Source: Lama guanicoe | Lineage: Eukaryota | Reading direction: 5' to 3' | NCBI GenBank assembly: GCA_013239625.1 | Contig: MU054323.1 | Span: 11,119,815-11,183,814, forward strand | DNA: 64,000 bases | In this document: positions 23,401 through 35,869 of the stretch, piece after piece | Position numbering within the stretch: the first letter of the stretch is position 1 | Layout of the letters: every line of letters starts with the position of its first letter | Translations under genes and position numbers: made by a program | Notes under the pieces: model-generated | What the model saw: only the letters and a program-made list of their open reading frames with translations | Databases searched by the model: none | What the model was told of the DNA's origin: nothing

Positions 23401-24984
23401 TAGAGGACCTTGCTGTGTCCCAGTCCTCCTGCATACAAACATATTCTGCAGTGATTCTTTTTTAAGTCTGTCTCTTAAATATAAGGCTCACCTACCCCTT
23501 GCCAACAATTTTATATCTACCCACCTTTACCAGGAAATAGTACAGTGATTTATCACAGGCTTTCTATGTGCCAAATATTGTCCCCAACAACTTTGAGGAT
23601 TGAGAAATAAGGAGGGTAATAATATGAAAACGCTGAGTAGAAACAGAGAGCAGAAATGGAATATATAATATACATCCAGTTGGGGCTTATGAAGGTGATG
23701 AGAAGAAAAACGAAAGGGATACAATATCCAACAAGAAAATGGACAAGGAGGGAGTGGCCAAGACAGTGGAGGAGGAAGCCCCTGAGCTCACACAGTGCTG
23801 GATGTCAATTAACTGTCAATAAAACTAAAAGAAATTTTAAAAACAAACAAAAGAAACAAAGAAGGAAAATGGAAGACGGAAGAGAATTTGTTCTAAATCA
23901 TTAAATACAACAATCCACAGATTTGAGAAGACTGCTGAATGCTCCCCCCAAAATGAAGAGGAATACACACCTAGACACAGCAAGTTAAAATTCTGAACAC
24001 CTAAGACAAAAAGGAAATATTGAAAGCCAGAAGGAAAAAGATGATTAACTTCAGTGGAATTAATAGTAAAGTGACTCCTGAACTCTCCCTGGCACACTCG
24101 CCACCCCCAACAAACTAACTTTGAGAAATGATAGTCCCCCATTTTAATAATGAGAAACAGTAGCTCCCACAGTGTTAGCGGCATTTTTAATGCCAAGACA
24201 CCAACGCTCTTCTGAATATATAACCTGCACCTTCCTACCCACCTCTTTTTTAATTGTATGAAACTTTTGGATCTAAATAAAAATTTACCTTAGGGCCCAA
24301 AACTCACCCAGTCTTCAGTGCAAGCAGCTAGGAAAAGGCCCTGCCATTTTTCATATCTGTCTTCAGATCTCTTGTTCACTTCTGATACCCCAGATTCCTT
24401 GCCCTGCACAGCCAGACCTTCACCCAACTTCCTTCCCAAATGCCCCTTCCTTTTCTCGCCAGTGTTACTGCCCCACCCCAGCCTCGCCCCACTGCCACAC
24501 ACCAGGGCTTCTCACTAAGAGGGTTAGCTAGAATGACCTTAAACAGCCCCTCAAAGAGCCACCCCAGTCCTGGCTTATCCATCCTTTACCCAACATGACC
24601 AGCTAGGATTGGGTTATGGGATCCTAGCTGGGGGTCCCCCCAGCAATCCTGCCACCAAAGAGGATTGCCTCATAGAAGTGAAGGCTATGCCCTGGCAGAA
24701 TCTGAGGAGCCATCCTTCTGTCCCCTTGCCTGGGGCAGGACAGATGACAGCAGACAGCAGTGACACCAGCATTGTCCATCATCACTTCCTAGCAGGTTGT
24801 TAACCAGCTACCAGTTAGTGAATAAAACAGGTTCTCCTTGGAAGCCTGTGTCTCTGTGGTTGGTAAGGAGGAAACCAGGAGCTGCTACACTTTGTGACAT
24901 ACCTGGGAGGCCCTACTCCCTTGTCACAGCTGGGCATTGTCATAGGGGCCATTGTGGGCCAGCAGGGCCAGCTCTCTGATAGGA

Positions 24985-25300
24985 GGCAGTCTTGTGTGGT
25001 GGCGAGAGAATGGATTTCAGAGTTAGACAGACCTGGCTTCAAATCCCAATTGTCCCGCTTCTCGCTAACTGGCTATGTGAATTAATCCTCTGTGCCTCAG
25101 TTTCTTGATCTGTAAATTGGAGGGAGACAATAATAACTAATTGGAGTAATTATCATAAAGACCAAGTATGTGTCATGTCCGGCATTCAGTATGCAGTAGG
25201 TTCAAGCAATTCTCTACTGTTGTGAGGATTACATGAAATGATCCATGTGGAAAGGGTGAATTGGCTCAGCGCCTGGCCTACACAGGGGGCTCACCAAATG
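24985..25300 (+). mobile_element. MIR fragments
   Basis: cagagttagacagacctggcttcaaatccc and ctctgtgcctcagtttcttgatctgtaaa. Confidence 0.8.
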
Positions 25301-26232
25301 TTCTGTGACTTCTGCCCCTTTCTTGATGACCGTTTCTCTGATGCAGAACAAGTCCTTTCTCTCTCATTCCTTCATCCCAGGTACAAAGGAGCAGGAGGTG
25401 TGGCTGACTGTCAGGCCACCCTTCCAGACAGCCTCTGACCACTTGCAGGCTGCACCATGGCTAAAGTTCCTGGGACCAAGGAAACTCTGCCCTTAGGCTC
25501 TGGGGGTGGTAATCTTAGGTGTGGTGGGGGTGGGAGAGAGAAAAACGTTGGTAGGTGGACTGGATCACCATGGCCCCAGCTCAAAATCTTCCATGGATAA
25601 TCACTGTTTATCAACTCATTGGAAAAACTGACTACAATTACATTTCACACACCAACAAAAAGGAAAAATAAAAGCCTCATTGGAATGCCTGAGTCACTCT
25701 TCAGAGCCTTTAAATTACCCATTCATTTTGACCCTTCTCCTCCCTGCCGCCCTGCCCCTCGCAGGGAAGTGCAGGGCCCTACAGGCTGGCATTTGCCTGA
25801 TGTGCCAGCCTGGCCCTATGTCCCTGTGGAGCACCCAAAACTCTGTTTGGGGGCTTAAAATAAACTGTAAAGAGTTATTAAAGGGATCAGTAAGGCTTGG
25901 AGGGTCATTCTTTTATGGGATCAGGGCTCTGGGCTGACTGGTGATGCTGGCGTGTCATTTACACACACATACAAAAGCCGGGAGGAATGAGAAGGCATCC
26001 CTTGGTGCTGGCGTTGATGCACAGATATAAAGCTGGCTTGTTTAAAAATGAATCGCTTCACTTAGGAGAAGATGGTGGGAGGACTGAGCAGTGACCCCAC
26101 TGGGGCATCGCCCCTTTTCTGAGGCCAGGTGTGTGCAGTCCCACACGTCATTTGACGCAGTCCGCCAGCCCCCTGAAAACTGAGTATAAATTAAACACCG
26201 ATCTTTAAGATCATATTTTAAATTCACAAGAA

Positions 26233-26390
26233 CAGTGGTTTTAAAAGCATTTTGGGGGTCATGCACTCCTTCGAGAATCTGATAGAAGCTGTTGACTTTC
26301 TTCTCACAAATACTGACATAGTGCTTATAGATTCCGGGAGTTCAAGGGCTCCTCTGAGAGGCAGGGTGTCTCTGGAACCAAAAATTGCAC
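26233..26390. mobile_element. Charlie4z-like MITE
   Basis: cagtggtt...tttgggggtcatgcactccttcgagaatctgatagaagct. Confidence 0.65.
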
Positions 26391-27074
26391 TGGACAGACT
26401 TATCTTGGGGAATTTGTGAAGAGTCCTCTGTCCTGGGAATCCCTCAACCCACCTCACTTCTTGCATGTGCTTTGTATGACTTCATCTTGGCAAATAATGT
26501 TTGTTCATGGAAAGAGGAATAGCTCTGATGCCAAGGCCTGGGGGTCCCTGTCCCGGGTCACAGCACCCCTTGAGCTCCCCTTTCAGCTCAGGCGGGTACC
26601 AAGACATTCTTTCCAAACTGGGAAATTGGATCAGGCCAAAACACTCACTGTCAGGGCCTGGTGGGTCGCCTGGCTTCTCATGGGTCTCTCCCCAACGCCC
26701 CAACACCAGAACTTAGATATCTTGGCCAAGTCCATTATCCTCAGCATCCCCTTAGGGAATGCTGTTGGAGAGCAAGGAACAACAGGTCTCCAGAATGGAA
26801 GCACATGCTCTATCATACCCAGCACTTCAAGAGACTTGGCCATCGTCCATTCATTCTTCGACTTGGTCATTAAATCTGCGGGCTGCCGTGGGCGGGGAGC
26901 TACAGGTCTGGGCTGGAGAGGTCTATGTTTACAAAGCAGTTTTATGCCCGCCTGCCTGTCTGTGAACTTTGGAACACTCCTCCACCACAGCAATACTGTA
27001 ACGATCAATAATGATAATAATGATTTCTTACATTTATATGACATTTTATCCTGTGCAAAGTGCTTAGGCATGTA

Positions 27075-27580
27075 TTATTTATTTTTACTGTGGTAAAATG
27101 TGCCATTTTAACCATTTTTAAGTGTCCAATTCAGTGGTATTGAGTATGTTCACAATACTGTGCAACCATCACCACCATCCGCCTCCAGAAGGTTTTCCTC
27201 ATCCTTAACAGAGTCTCTGAACTTCTTTCTGTCTCTATAAATTTGCCTATTCCAGGTACTCCCTATGAATGGAATCATACACTGTTTATCCTTTTGCATA
27301 TGGTTTAGTTCACTGAGCATAATGCTTTCAGATTCATCCGTATTGTAGCCTGTATCAGAATGCCATTCCTTTTTCACGGCCGAATAATATCCCACTGTGC
27401 GTATACACTTTGTTTTGTCTATTTGTCTGTCAATGGACATTTGGGTTGTTTCCACGTTTCAGCTATTGTGGATAATGATGCTGTGAACATGGGTGTACAA
27501 TATCTGTTTGAATTCCTGCCTTCAATTCTTTTAGTTATATACCAAAGAGTGGAATTGCTGGATTACAGAGTGATTTTATT
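27075..27580 (-). mobile_element. L1MB-like 3' end
   Basis: ccattttaaccatttttaagtgtccaattcagtgg... and ggacatttgggttgtttccac. Confidence 0.9.
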
Positions 27581-27723
27581 ATATTTTTCTATTGATATTG
27601 GATACACAAGCCTTACCTGATTATAACCATTTTACGCATGATGATACTGAAGCTCAGAGAAGTGAAGAAAATGAAATCACTCAGTGGAGGTTGCTAACTT
27701 AGGACTGTAAATATTCCTGTGCC

Positions 27724-28211
27724 CAGGGCTGGGACTAGGGTGAGGCAAGTGTGGCATCTGGGGTGCAGAAATTAGGAGGACTCCCTCTTAGGCTGTGTGA
27801 CCCCTCATCAGGGCCAACTTAGCCATTAGGCACAGTGGGAACACTGCCTAGGACCTAGGACCCTTTCAGGGGCCCTGAAAATCTTTATTTATTTTAAAGT
27901 CAGAAGCAAAAAATGAATATATCCAGGTTGGATTCTATTTGTCCTTATATCAACACAGGTTGGAATATAATTATTCATATATGTTTCTTAATGGAAGAAG
28001 GGGTCGACAAAGGTAAATGGGCCCAGGGCCCCGGAACTCATGCTTCCTGCCCTGAGAGTGAGTGTCCTATTAAAAGCACAGGATTTAAGGAGCCTCTTAT
28101 TTTCAGGTCCCGGCGAGGACAGACCCTGCTCTGTCATGAACCCCAGAGTGGATGCCTCCTTAAACTTTGTGCCCTAGGCACCTGGTTTGCCTCACCCTGG
28201 GCCTGGCCTTG
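27724..28211. mobile_element. MER96-like hAT-Tip100 MITE with long inverted arms
   Basis: cagggctgggactagggtgaggcaa ... ttgcctcaccctgggcctggccttg. Flanks cctgtgcc / cctgggtc resemble an 8-bp TSD. Confidence 0.75.
27809..28054. mobile_element. ORSL-like hAT-Tip100 element nested in the MER96-like element
   Basis: cagggccaacttagccattaggcacagt...gcctagg... ending gcccagggcccc...gccctg. Confidence 0.7.
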
Positions 28212-28719
28212 CCTGGGTCTTGACAAAGTGGGGATGGTTCCTCGTGGTATGCTGGGCAACAATGTCTCGGGCCAAGAGTTCCTCTCCTGGTGGCATGTTT
28301 TGTTTTCTTAAGGGAAGGAATCAAGCCAAGGGAAGCTAGCTTTAGTCATAAAAGTCTGTGTGTTTGCTGGGGAGGTCACTTGAGGGACCATGGTGTACCC
28401 TACTATATGGCAGTCCTCACTAATAACATCTACACCCCTTACTCCATTTGGTAGAGTTTGTCACATCTGTAATTATTCTTACTTTACCTAGAAAGTCTCT
28501 ACTCGTCTTCTTTTCCAAACCATTAGGTAACTCTGCAAACCATGAAGGACCAGAGAAGGAATGATTTCCCTTCTAAAGGTCTGCGTTATGGGTTCATGAT
28601 CTTTCTTATTTTTTCATCCATTCAGGGACCCCACTGGCCACCACATCATGAGACACAGTCATTTCACATTCACTTCAGTGGGGAGAGGGCATTTAGGAAG
28701 AAAAGATATATTTTACTTA

Positions 28720-29115
28720 CTAATTAGCTCACTCAGCAGATCTTCATTGAGCTTTGCTGTATACTTAAGCACAGGGGATACAAAAGAGAACAAAACGGTG
28801 AAAAATCCCTGCCTTTGCAGCGCTTACATTCTAGGAGGAGGAGATAGACAGTAAAAAATAAATAACTAACAAAAGGTCTGGTAGACCTGACAGTGAAATG
28901 TAATGGAGAAAATGAAGTTGGGGTTAAGGAAAGCCAGATGGGGCCGGTTGTGCAGTTTTAGTCTGGTTGGTCAGGACAGGTCTCATGGAGAAAGTTACAT
29001 TTTAGCAAAGAGCTGAAGAGTGTGAGGAAACAAGCCCCTGTGTGTATCTGGGACATGTATTCCAGAAAGAGGAAACTGCAAGTGCAAAGGTCCTGAGGCT
29101 GGAGCATGCCTGGCC
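28720..29115 (-). mobile_element. L2 3' fragment
   Basis: ggggatacaaaagagaacaaaac, gcttacattctag and gcaagtgcaaaggtcctgagg. Confidence 0.75.
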
Positions 29116-30773
29116 CTGAAGGGCTACTGCTGTGTCCCTGTGGGTGGACGCCTCTGTTCAGCATCAGCCTCTTGTACCCCCTGCTGAGGACTCCAGTTCT
29201 CAGATCCCAACTCACAGGGACCCCATTTTCTAAGAGTTGTGGGCATAGTTGTGTTTGCTCTCCCTCAGCCTATCAGATCCTGTCTTCTGGGAGATTCTGC
29301 TGGTGGTCTGGTCTGTTCTCATGTACAGTTGTGACAGGTCTCTATTGATACAGGGCAGCCCCATTTGCACCCCCCACCCACACACACACTTACAGGAGCA
29401 GAGCAAATGGTTGGTGAAGATTTGGGGAAGCAGATGTGCGGAGACAAGGAGAGGGGGATGGCCAGAGGCAGAGACCAGAGACGCTGATGCAGAGATAGAC
29501 TAGGGGGATGGTGTTGGGAGGGAGACCACTTTTGGGGTTCCCAGTAGCTTCAGGCTCCTGATTCCTGTCCCCTCCTGGAGAGGCTCTCCTGGTTCCCACC
29601 TTGGATTCTACCAGATATCCCTGTGTCTCTGTAGTTACTCCCGCCTCTCCCTTTGTTTCTCCCAAGTGAGCTCCAGAGCCCACTTCTGGGATTCTTCTCC
29701 TTCTAGCTGCTGCTTCTCCCTAGAAGGTGTTCTGCCTTTGGCCATCTGCGTCCCTACAAGGGTGGGACCTCCAGTGTGGGCTTCCTGCTGACAGCATGGT
29801 GAAATAGCTGGGGAGTGTGGCCCTGGGCTCACCATCCAGGCCTCCGACGAGCTGCATAAACTTGAACGGGTCAGCTGACTCCTTGAGACTCTTTCTTCAC
29901 CTCGAATTGAAGGCTGTGATCCCCACCCTGCCTGCCTCGCCTCACTGTTGGGAAATTTCAATAGAACCTCCGTGGAAGTGTTCTGCCACTTGTCCAATGT
30001 GGGCGGCCGTGGCCCTGCCCCACCCCCCTACCACAAGCTGTGACTTAGCTGGCTTCCCTGGCCCTGTGCCCTGTCACTCAGCTCTGTGGCTGAGCCTCCA
30101 CCTCAGTCCGCCCAGCCCGGGTTCCACCCAGCAACTCTCTCCTTCCTGTTTCCTCCTTCTCTAACCCGTTAAGTTTTCCTATTGACTTTGTTACTCTGAA
30201 TCGGGCCACCTTCCGTTGGCTTCTAAAAATCTGCATTTTTTCCTAAAGCTCCTTTGCTCTGTGAAAGTCCCCACCCTCCCTGAATGACTGGGCCCATGTA
30301 CCACCCTGCCCACCCTCTCAGAAGCTCACCTACCTGGGTATGCTCATGTCACAAAGAGAAAACACCTTTTCCCCAGAGCTGAAGACCCAAGAGTCCAGCT
30401 TGACTCCTTGTCAGGAGCGGCCCCTTAGGCCACAACCAGGAGGGCTGGCTGAGAACCCTGGAACATTGCTCAGCTGTCTCTTGATACATTTTCCCTCCCC
30501 ATAACCACTCTCAGTCTCCAGTTTAAGTCACCATCCCCTCTTGAGACTATTGCCACAATCTCCTGGCTTTTCTACCCAAATCTTCTCTCTCCCCGACCAA
30601 ACCATCATCCACCCTGTCCCCAGAATAAGCCTATGCACTCCCCTCCAGCCTCAGAATTGCCTATGACTCCACGTGGTCAGTGGAAGGAAACTCTAATCCC
30701 TTAGTTTGGCATCCATGGCCCTAACCAAAGCCTTTCCCCAGCCTTATCTCCCATTACTGCACACTCCAAGCAA

Positions 30774-31310
30774 TATGCTAGGCAGCCTCTGAGATGGCCC
30801 CGATCGTCCATATCTCCTGATATTCCCATCCTTGTATAATCCTCTTCTCTTGAGAGTTGCTAGGCCTGGTGATTTGCTTCCACCCTATGAGTAAGACCAA
30901 AACAATGGGAAGCAGTTCTTAGGTTACATCACAAGAAGACTGTGGCTTCTGTCTTGCACACCTCCCTCACTCTTACCTGCTCCAAGGGAGACCAGCTGCC
31001 AAGTTATGCATGGCTCTGTGGAGAAGCGTTCATGCCAAGGAATGGAAGGAAGGCACAGGCCAAAAGCCCATGAGGAGCTGAATCCTACTACAGCCCCATG
31101 TGTGAGTTTAGAAGTAAATCTTCTGGTTGAGCCTTCAGATGAGACCTCAGCCCTGGCCACTGCCTTGACCGCAGCCTGGTGAGAGACTTTGAAGCAGAGG
31201 CACTCAGCTAAGGTGTATCCAAATTCCTGACCCAAAACTGAGATAATAAAAGTTAGTTGTTTTAACAAGTTTGGGAATAACTTTTTAGACAGCAGTAAGT
31301 AATGAATACA
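30774..31310 (+). mobile_element. MaLR solo LTR, MLT1F-like
   Basis: ctaggcagcctctgagatggcccc and gagccttcagatgagacctcagccctggcc; ends aatgaataca. Confidence 0.85.
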
Positions 31311-31817
31311 ATACAACCTCACTAATTCTCACTACATCAGAAAGTCTGTCTAGAATTTAGCTTCACTATAAATTCTTGATCTGTATTTTCAACAGCCTAA
31401 GATTCTCCCGTTTCTCTAGCCACCTCAGTCTTTATCTCTCTGCATCACACACTGCTGATCATCCCAACTCTCTTCAAATTTCCAACCCTCTTACCACCCA
31501 CCCTCAAAGTCTCCTTCCCAATATATACCCTCCCCTGATTCCCAGTGGATGACTCCACCCAGAATATGAAACCTATCAGGTGAGAGGTGTCTCACCCTCC
31601 CACTCTAAAGGGACAAAGTTATCCACTTCAGCACCCACCGCTCATCCCCCTCTCCTGTTCAGATAGAGGGAGATTCGTTAAAGGGGGTCCCAGTCCCTCC
31701 TCTGGGGTGCTAGATCCATTCTTTCTCCTCTGTCTGCAGCCCCTCCCTCTCCTCTCCAGAAGTTCAAGTCACTCAGTTCTCTCCCATCTTAACAGACATT
31801 TCCTCAATCCCACAACC

Positions 31818-31896
31818 CCCTCTCTTCTTTCTACAGCCAAACCACCCTCTCTTCTTTCTACAGCCAAACCACCCTCTCTTCTTTCAACAGCCAAAC
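31818..31896 (+). repeat. 27-bp minisatellite, ~3 copies (ccctctcttctttctacagccaaacca)
   Basis: Copies at 31818, 31845 and 31872; one mismatch in the third. Confidence 0.95.
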
Positions 31897-31899
31897 TCT

Positions 31900-33390
31900 T
31901 GATATGTCCTCTACATTTCCTTCCCTTCCTTTCACTCTAGTCTGGCTTTTACCCTAACCATGCCATCAAGACATCTCTCTTTAAAGTCATCAGTGACCTA
32001 GAAGTTGCTAAATCCAATAAACATTTTCAGACCCCATCTTTTTGACCTTCAGGAACATTGAAATGTTGACTCCTCTGGACCTCAAGGCTCCCCTGAGCCT
32101 TTCTTTTATAGATGCCATTGCCAACTCCCTCCTCTACTCAACCTCCAGTGCTTGAGGACCTCAGGATCAGTCCTGGGCTCGCTTTTCTCCTCCCACTCCA
32201 CACACTTTCCTTTTGTTGGGCAATCCCAGCCATATCTCAGATACCATCTCTACATCCATGACTCTCAAATTCATACCCTAACCCAGACCTCTCTGAGCTC
32301 CAGATCTACTTATTCAACTGTTTGCCTTCCACGTAGATAGCTCATGGGTGCCTTACACTCAACATGTCCAAACCTGAACTCATGGCATGAACCTCATGGT
32401 TGGTACCCTCTACGGCTTTATTTCTCAGTGAATTGCCCAAGCCAAAAATCTGACTCTTTCTTGGTTACTACTATCTATTCTGCCTCCGAAGAGTACCCAT
32501 TGTTTGCTCTCCATCTTCATCACCCTTAGGCCAAGTCACCATCTTCTACCACATAGAGTAGAACAATGTATTTTCTTTTTTATTTTTTTTCTTCCTTTCC
32601 TTTTCTTTTCTTTCCCTTTTATTTTTTCAAAGCAATGTCCTAACTCGAGGATCCTCAACCCTAGACATACATTGAAGGAACCTGCAGAACTTTAAAAAAT
32701 CACCAATGCCCAAGCCTCATGCCAAAACAAGTTAAAAAAAAACCTGGGAGTGGGCTCTCATCATCCTTATTAAAAACTCCCCAGTTAATCCTAACTTCCA
32801 GGTAGGACGGAGACTCACTTGTCTAACTGGTCTCTCCACTGGGGCTCCACTCCGTTTTCCACACAGCCAGAGGGGGTCTTTTCCGTAACGCAAGTCTCAT
32901 ACGTCACTCCCCTTGCCCTCAGGATGACCGTCAAAGCCTTCTGGTCCTGCACCATCTCACTCCACCTGCCTCCCACTGCCTGAGTGCTCTGTCCATTCTA
33001 GATACTTCCACATTTTCTGGACCCCACGCTTTTTCTGCTTCAGGACTGTCACACAGGTTGTTCCCTCTTCCTGGAAGGCCTTGTCTGACGAATCCCCACT
33101 CATCCTTCAGGGGTCAGCTTAACTGTCTCTTCCCCAGAAACGCCTTTCTTGATTCCTAGATCACATGGTCCCTCTCTCATCCCATTCAAGCTCCTATAGT
33201 CCTTTCTCTTTTCAAGCACAGACCTGGCACAATATAAATAGAGCTAGCTGTGTGATTTTGTCTTAATTTCTGTCTTTCCACTAGAAAGAGGGAAGGATCT
33301 TGTCTGCGTTGCTATTTTCTGTACTCCTGGAACCTAATCCAATTACCTGGAACCTAGTAGGTTTTTAATAAAATTTTACAAAGTGAAAAT
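31900..33390 (+). mobile_element. L2 fragments with a MER5A-like MITE at ~32645-32820
   Basis: aagtcatcagtgacct...gctaaatccaat, ccagacctctctgagctccaga and ctcaacatgtccaaacctgaactc. Confidence 0.7.
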
Positions 33391-34299
33391 AAAGAAACAC
33401 GCGTTCTTTCACGCCCCCTAGTTTGGTACATTTTCCATGTCCATGGCATGTACCAGCCCTGTCCACAGCCTCCTCAGTTTTTTCCCCTGGAAAACTTCTA
33501 TTATCCTCCAGGACCCAGTCTGAGTCCCTCTCCACAATTCCTTCCTGGTTCCCTCAGGCAGAAGTCAGATTCCTCCTTCTCTGTAAGCTGATAGTCTTTT
33601 CCCCCTTGCGGAATTTTTGCTTATGGACATTCTTCCTGCTGTAGTGAACTTCCTGATCGTGGTCCTTTCTCCTAGTGCTGATAACTCATTTGCCGGATGG
33701 ATGAAAAAAATCAAGGAGCTAATGGGATCACATTACTTAATTGTGACTTTAAAGTAATGAACACGCATATGAATTGGCCAACGACATGGTGCTGAACTCG
33801 GGTCCTACGTAAAGTTCTTGTGTGTGGCCAGAGCTTTTTGGGATTTTCCTCTTGGGGCTCTCCAGACAGGTCTGGAGCAGTTCTTTAAGGCAGGCTACTG
33901 GGCGGGCTTCCAGAGTGGGGAAGGCTGTAAAACTCTCTGCTCCCTGCCCTGGGGGTTGGGAAGGGGAGATGCGGTCTCAGCCTCAGCCCCCTTCCCCCCC
34001 TACTACTGGAGGGGCCTGACTCCGCTTTAGGCCCTGACTTGGAATACTGAATTGTTCAAAGCCAGCAGACTAACAAGGGCCACAGTTAGAGACCAAGGCC
34101 AGAATGGAGGGAGAAGAGGGTCTGCATCAAGGTTGAAGAAACAAGGAAGAGATGCTTTGCGGCCAGGTTCCAGTTGCCCTAGAGCAGGAGTTTCTAGTAT
34201 TTTCCAGCAGCTGCCCCCTCCTTTCCAAGGCACTTAGTCTGGGGAGGCCTCCATACCCTCAGAACGACTGCTGTTCATATGTGAGTCCTGGCCTCGGGC

Positions 34300-34700
34300 A
34301 GCTGGGCCAGAGGCCAGCTGTGTCGGTTCCCGTCTGCTGGCCAAGTGGAGAGAAGCAGAAGCGGGGCGGGGCGGGGCCGGGCCGGGGGCAGTCATCTGGG
34401 GAAGGGCCGCAGCCGGCCTGCCCTCGGGCCCGCGCTCTCTTCCCCTGACCAGCTCCACTGCTGGAATTACAGGGCTGAGGTGGGGGCGGGCAATGGCATT
34501 TGGAAAAGGGCCACCTGCCCAGCGTTAAGAACGGTGCCAGGGGTGGGCAAGAAACACTCTTCTTGTGTGGAGGGTAGAGTGAGAAAACGGAGGCCGGGAC
34601 AGGGTCTGGTTGGTGGCTGTGGCACCGGTCTGGGAGCTGCTCAGGCAACTTTGGGGTGCTTGTTGTCTGGCGGCCTGAGGTGACTGCTCTTTTCTGGAAG
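34300..34700. promoter_or_regulatory. GC/CpG-rich element with tandem GC boxes
   Basis: gcggggcggggcggggccgggccggggg at 34361-34388, with locally retained CpGs. Confidence 0.55.
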
Positions 34701-35869
34701 AAACAGTGGGAGAGGGAAAAAAACGAGGCCGAGCTGTGGAGCCTCGTGTGTCCTTGACCTATGTGTCCCTGCCATCTGGTTACATCTGAGAGAGTGTCCC
34801 TCATGCTCGTGGGCCCCCTACCATCCACCTACATGGAGACCTCCCTGCTTTGTCAAGTGTAGAGGGTGATACGCATCCCTGATGTGAATCCAACTCTGAT
34901 AAAACAGTGCCTAAAGTGACTAAATGTTCCAGAAGTGCTGCTCTGAGTCCTGAGTTCTTTGCCCCCCAAAACAGAGTAGTCTTACCCTTGTGTCCCCCCT
35001 ACCCTCAAAGAAGGACATTCTGATAGGACCACCAGTTACCCTGGTCCTGGTGGAGCCTCCTTAATCCACCCTGGCCCTTGTGGCCTTGACTTTACCCCTC
35101 AGGGGTTGGCTGCCCTGCCTCCGCATCTGTCTGACTACTCACGTGCTCACCAACAGACACTGTGCAAGTTCCCCTCACAATCATGATAGCTTCTGTTGGC
35201 ACAAAGGTAATCACCAGTGGCCATGGTAGAAAGTTCTGGAGTCTTCAATTCTGGCTTTGTGTACATGGCCAAGCTTTGGTGAAGGAAGGGCTAATTTAGT
35301 TTGAACAAAATGGGCAGAATTGCACTCTACTGGGCCTTAGCTCACACCCAGGACCTGGGGAAAATCTCTCCCCGCTGGATGGTGCAGAACTCCCAACTTG
35401 CTATCATTCGTCACCTAACAGTATAAGAAATGGTTTGATTAATAGGAAATAATACCAACACCATAGTCACTCAGCTCGCCAGGCTTGGGAGCCTTGCTGA
35501 CCAGGCATCTCTTCCAGTCACCCCACCCACAGCTTTCCCTGTGGGCAGAAGCCAGTCCTGCCCTGAAATGAAGACAAACCCAGTCTTCCGGCCAGATGCC
35601 CTCTCTCCTCCACTTTCCCCATTGGCTGTCCTTGCAAGGCTGGGTCAGAGTGAGTGCTGGGGACTGTGGATGCCCCACTCCATGCAGTTCATGGAGGCAG
35701 GAGACTCAAGCTCCCCAGCAAAGGAAATTCTGGAAGCAACACTGCTGGCATCTTTCTCTGTTCATCCCTTCCAAACCCCCTGCCTTCTTACTACTCCCCC
35801 CTGGTTGGAGAAGAGGCTTCTCCCAGTAGTGTGACTACGCCGCAACTTTTTCAACCCTTTTTCTTTTAA

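Noticed and set aside
26416..27096. Longest ORF in the track (226 aa)
   Set aside because: Starts at GTG, has no recognisable domain, runs into repeat sequence, and is of a length expected by chance in 64 kb.
27150..27455. 101-aa ORF METTQMSID...
   Set aside because: Typical spurious translation of an L1 3' end.
31818..31896. CRISPR-like direct repeats
   Set aside because: No spacers, head-to-tail units, mammalian DNA, no cas genes.
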